From Lama guanicoe (taxonomy: Eukaryota): DNA of 64,000 nucleotides. The stretch's first letter is position 1. Every line of letters begins with the position of its first letter. This document shows, piece by piece, positions 63,869-64,000 of this stretch. The position numbers were made by a program, and so were the translations under genes. The notes under the pieces are model-generated. The model did not search any database and had not been told where the DNA came from. It worked only from the letters and a program-made list of their open reading frames with translations. The stretch is from contig MU053876.1 of NCBI GenBank assembly GCA_013239625.1, forward strand, positions 51,394-115,393. Reading direction: 5' to 3'.

Positions 63869-64000
63869 TTTTTTTTGGAGGGGGAGATAATTAGGTTTAT
63901 TATTTATTTATTTAATTTTAATGGAAGTACTGGGGATTGAACCCAGGACCTGGTGCACGCGAAGCATGTGCTCTACCACTGAGCTATATACCCTTCCCTC
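63869..64000 (-). mobile_element. vic-1-like SINE (next to N gap 63852-63868)
   Basis: ataattaggtttat...tactggggattgaacccaggacc...ctctaccactgagctata. Confidence 0.88.

Overview
Mammalian genomic DNA, very probably camelid (alpaca/llama/camel), judged from tRNA-derived vic-1-type SINEs and camelid-type L1 3' ends. Both genes lie on the minus strand. (1) The last four coding exons of ZCWPW2 (62128-62070, 61103-61036, 55375-55254, 52177-52016) have GT-AG sites, splice in phase and end ...EEDYLVIDGLQLKAGECIESITNKFKEIDALMSEL*, with a candidate poly(A) signal at 51579-51584. (2) About 35 kb further on is a CpG island (~15500-17320) holding a 79-codon Pro/Gln-rich then acidic exon (ATG 16068, donor after 15832). 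By recalled synteny (ZCWPW2 -> RBMS3) and phase-0 compatibility, this is best read as a distal alternative first coding exon of RBMS3, making 1-15831 the start of its very long first intron. The rest is repeat-rich intronic/intergenic DNA: L1 fragments (some 5'-inverted), SINEs, solo LTRs, MaLR/ERVL relics, MER DNA transposons, microsatellites and two N gaps. I see no prokaryote-type system and most ORFs in the supplied track are spurious. The most unusual observations are the RBMS3 N-terminal extension exon with its uORFs, a locally templated inverted insertion flanked by an 11-bp direct repeat, and an L1 relic with extreme AT->GC substitution bias. Gene and repeat names come from recalled sequence similarity, not a database search.
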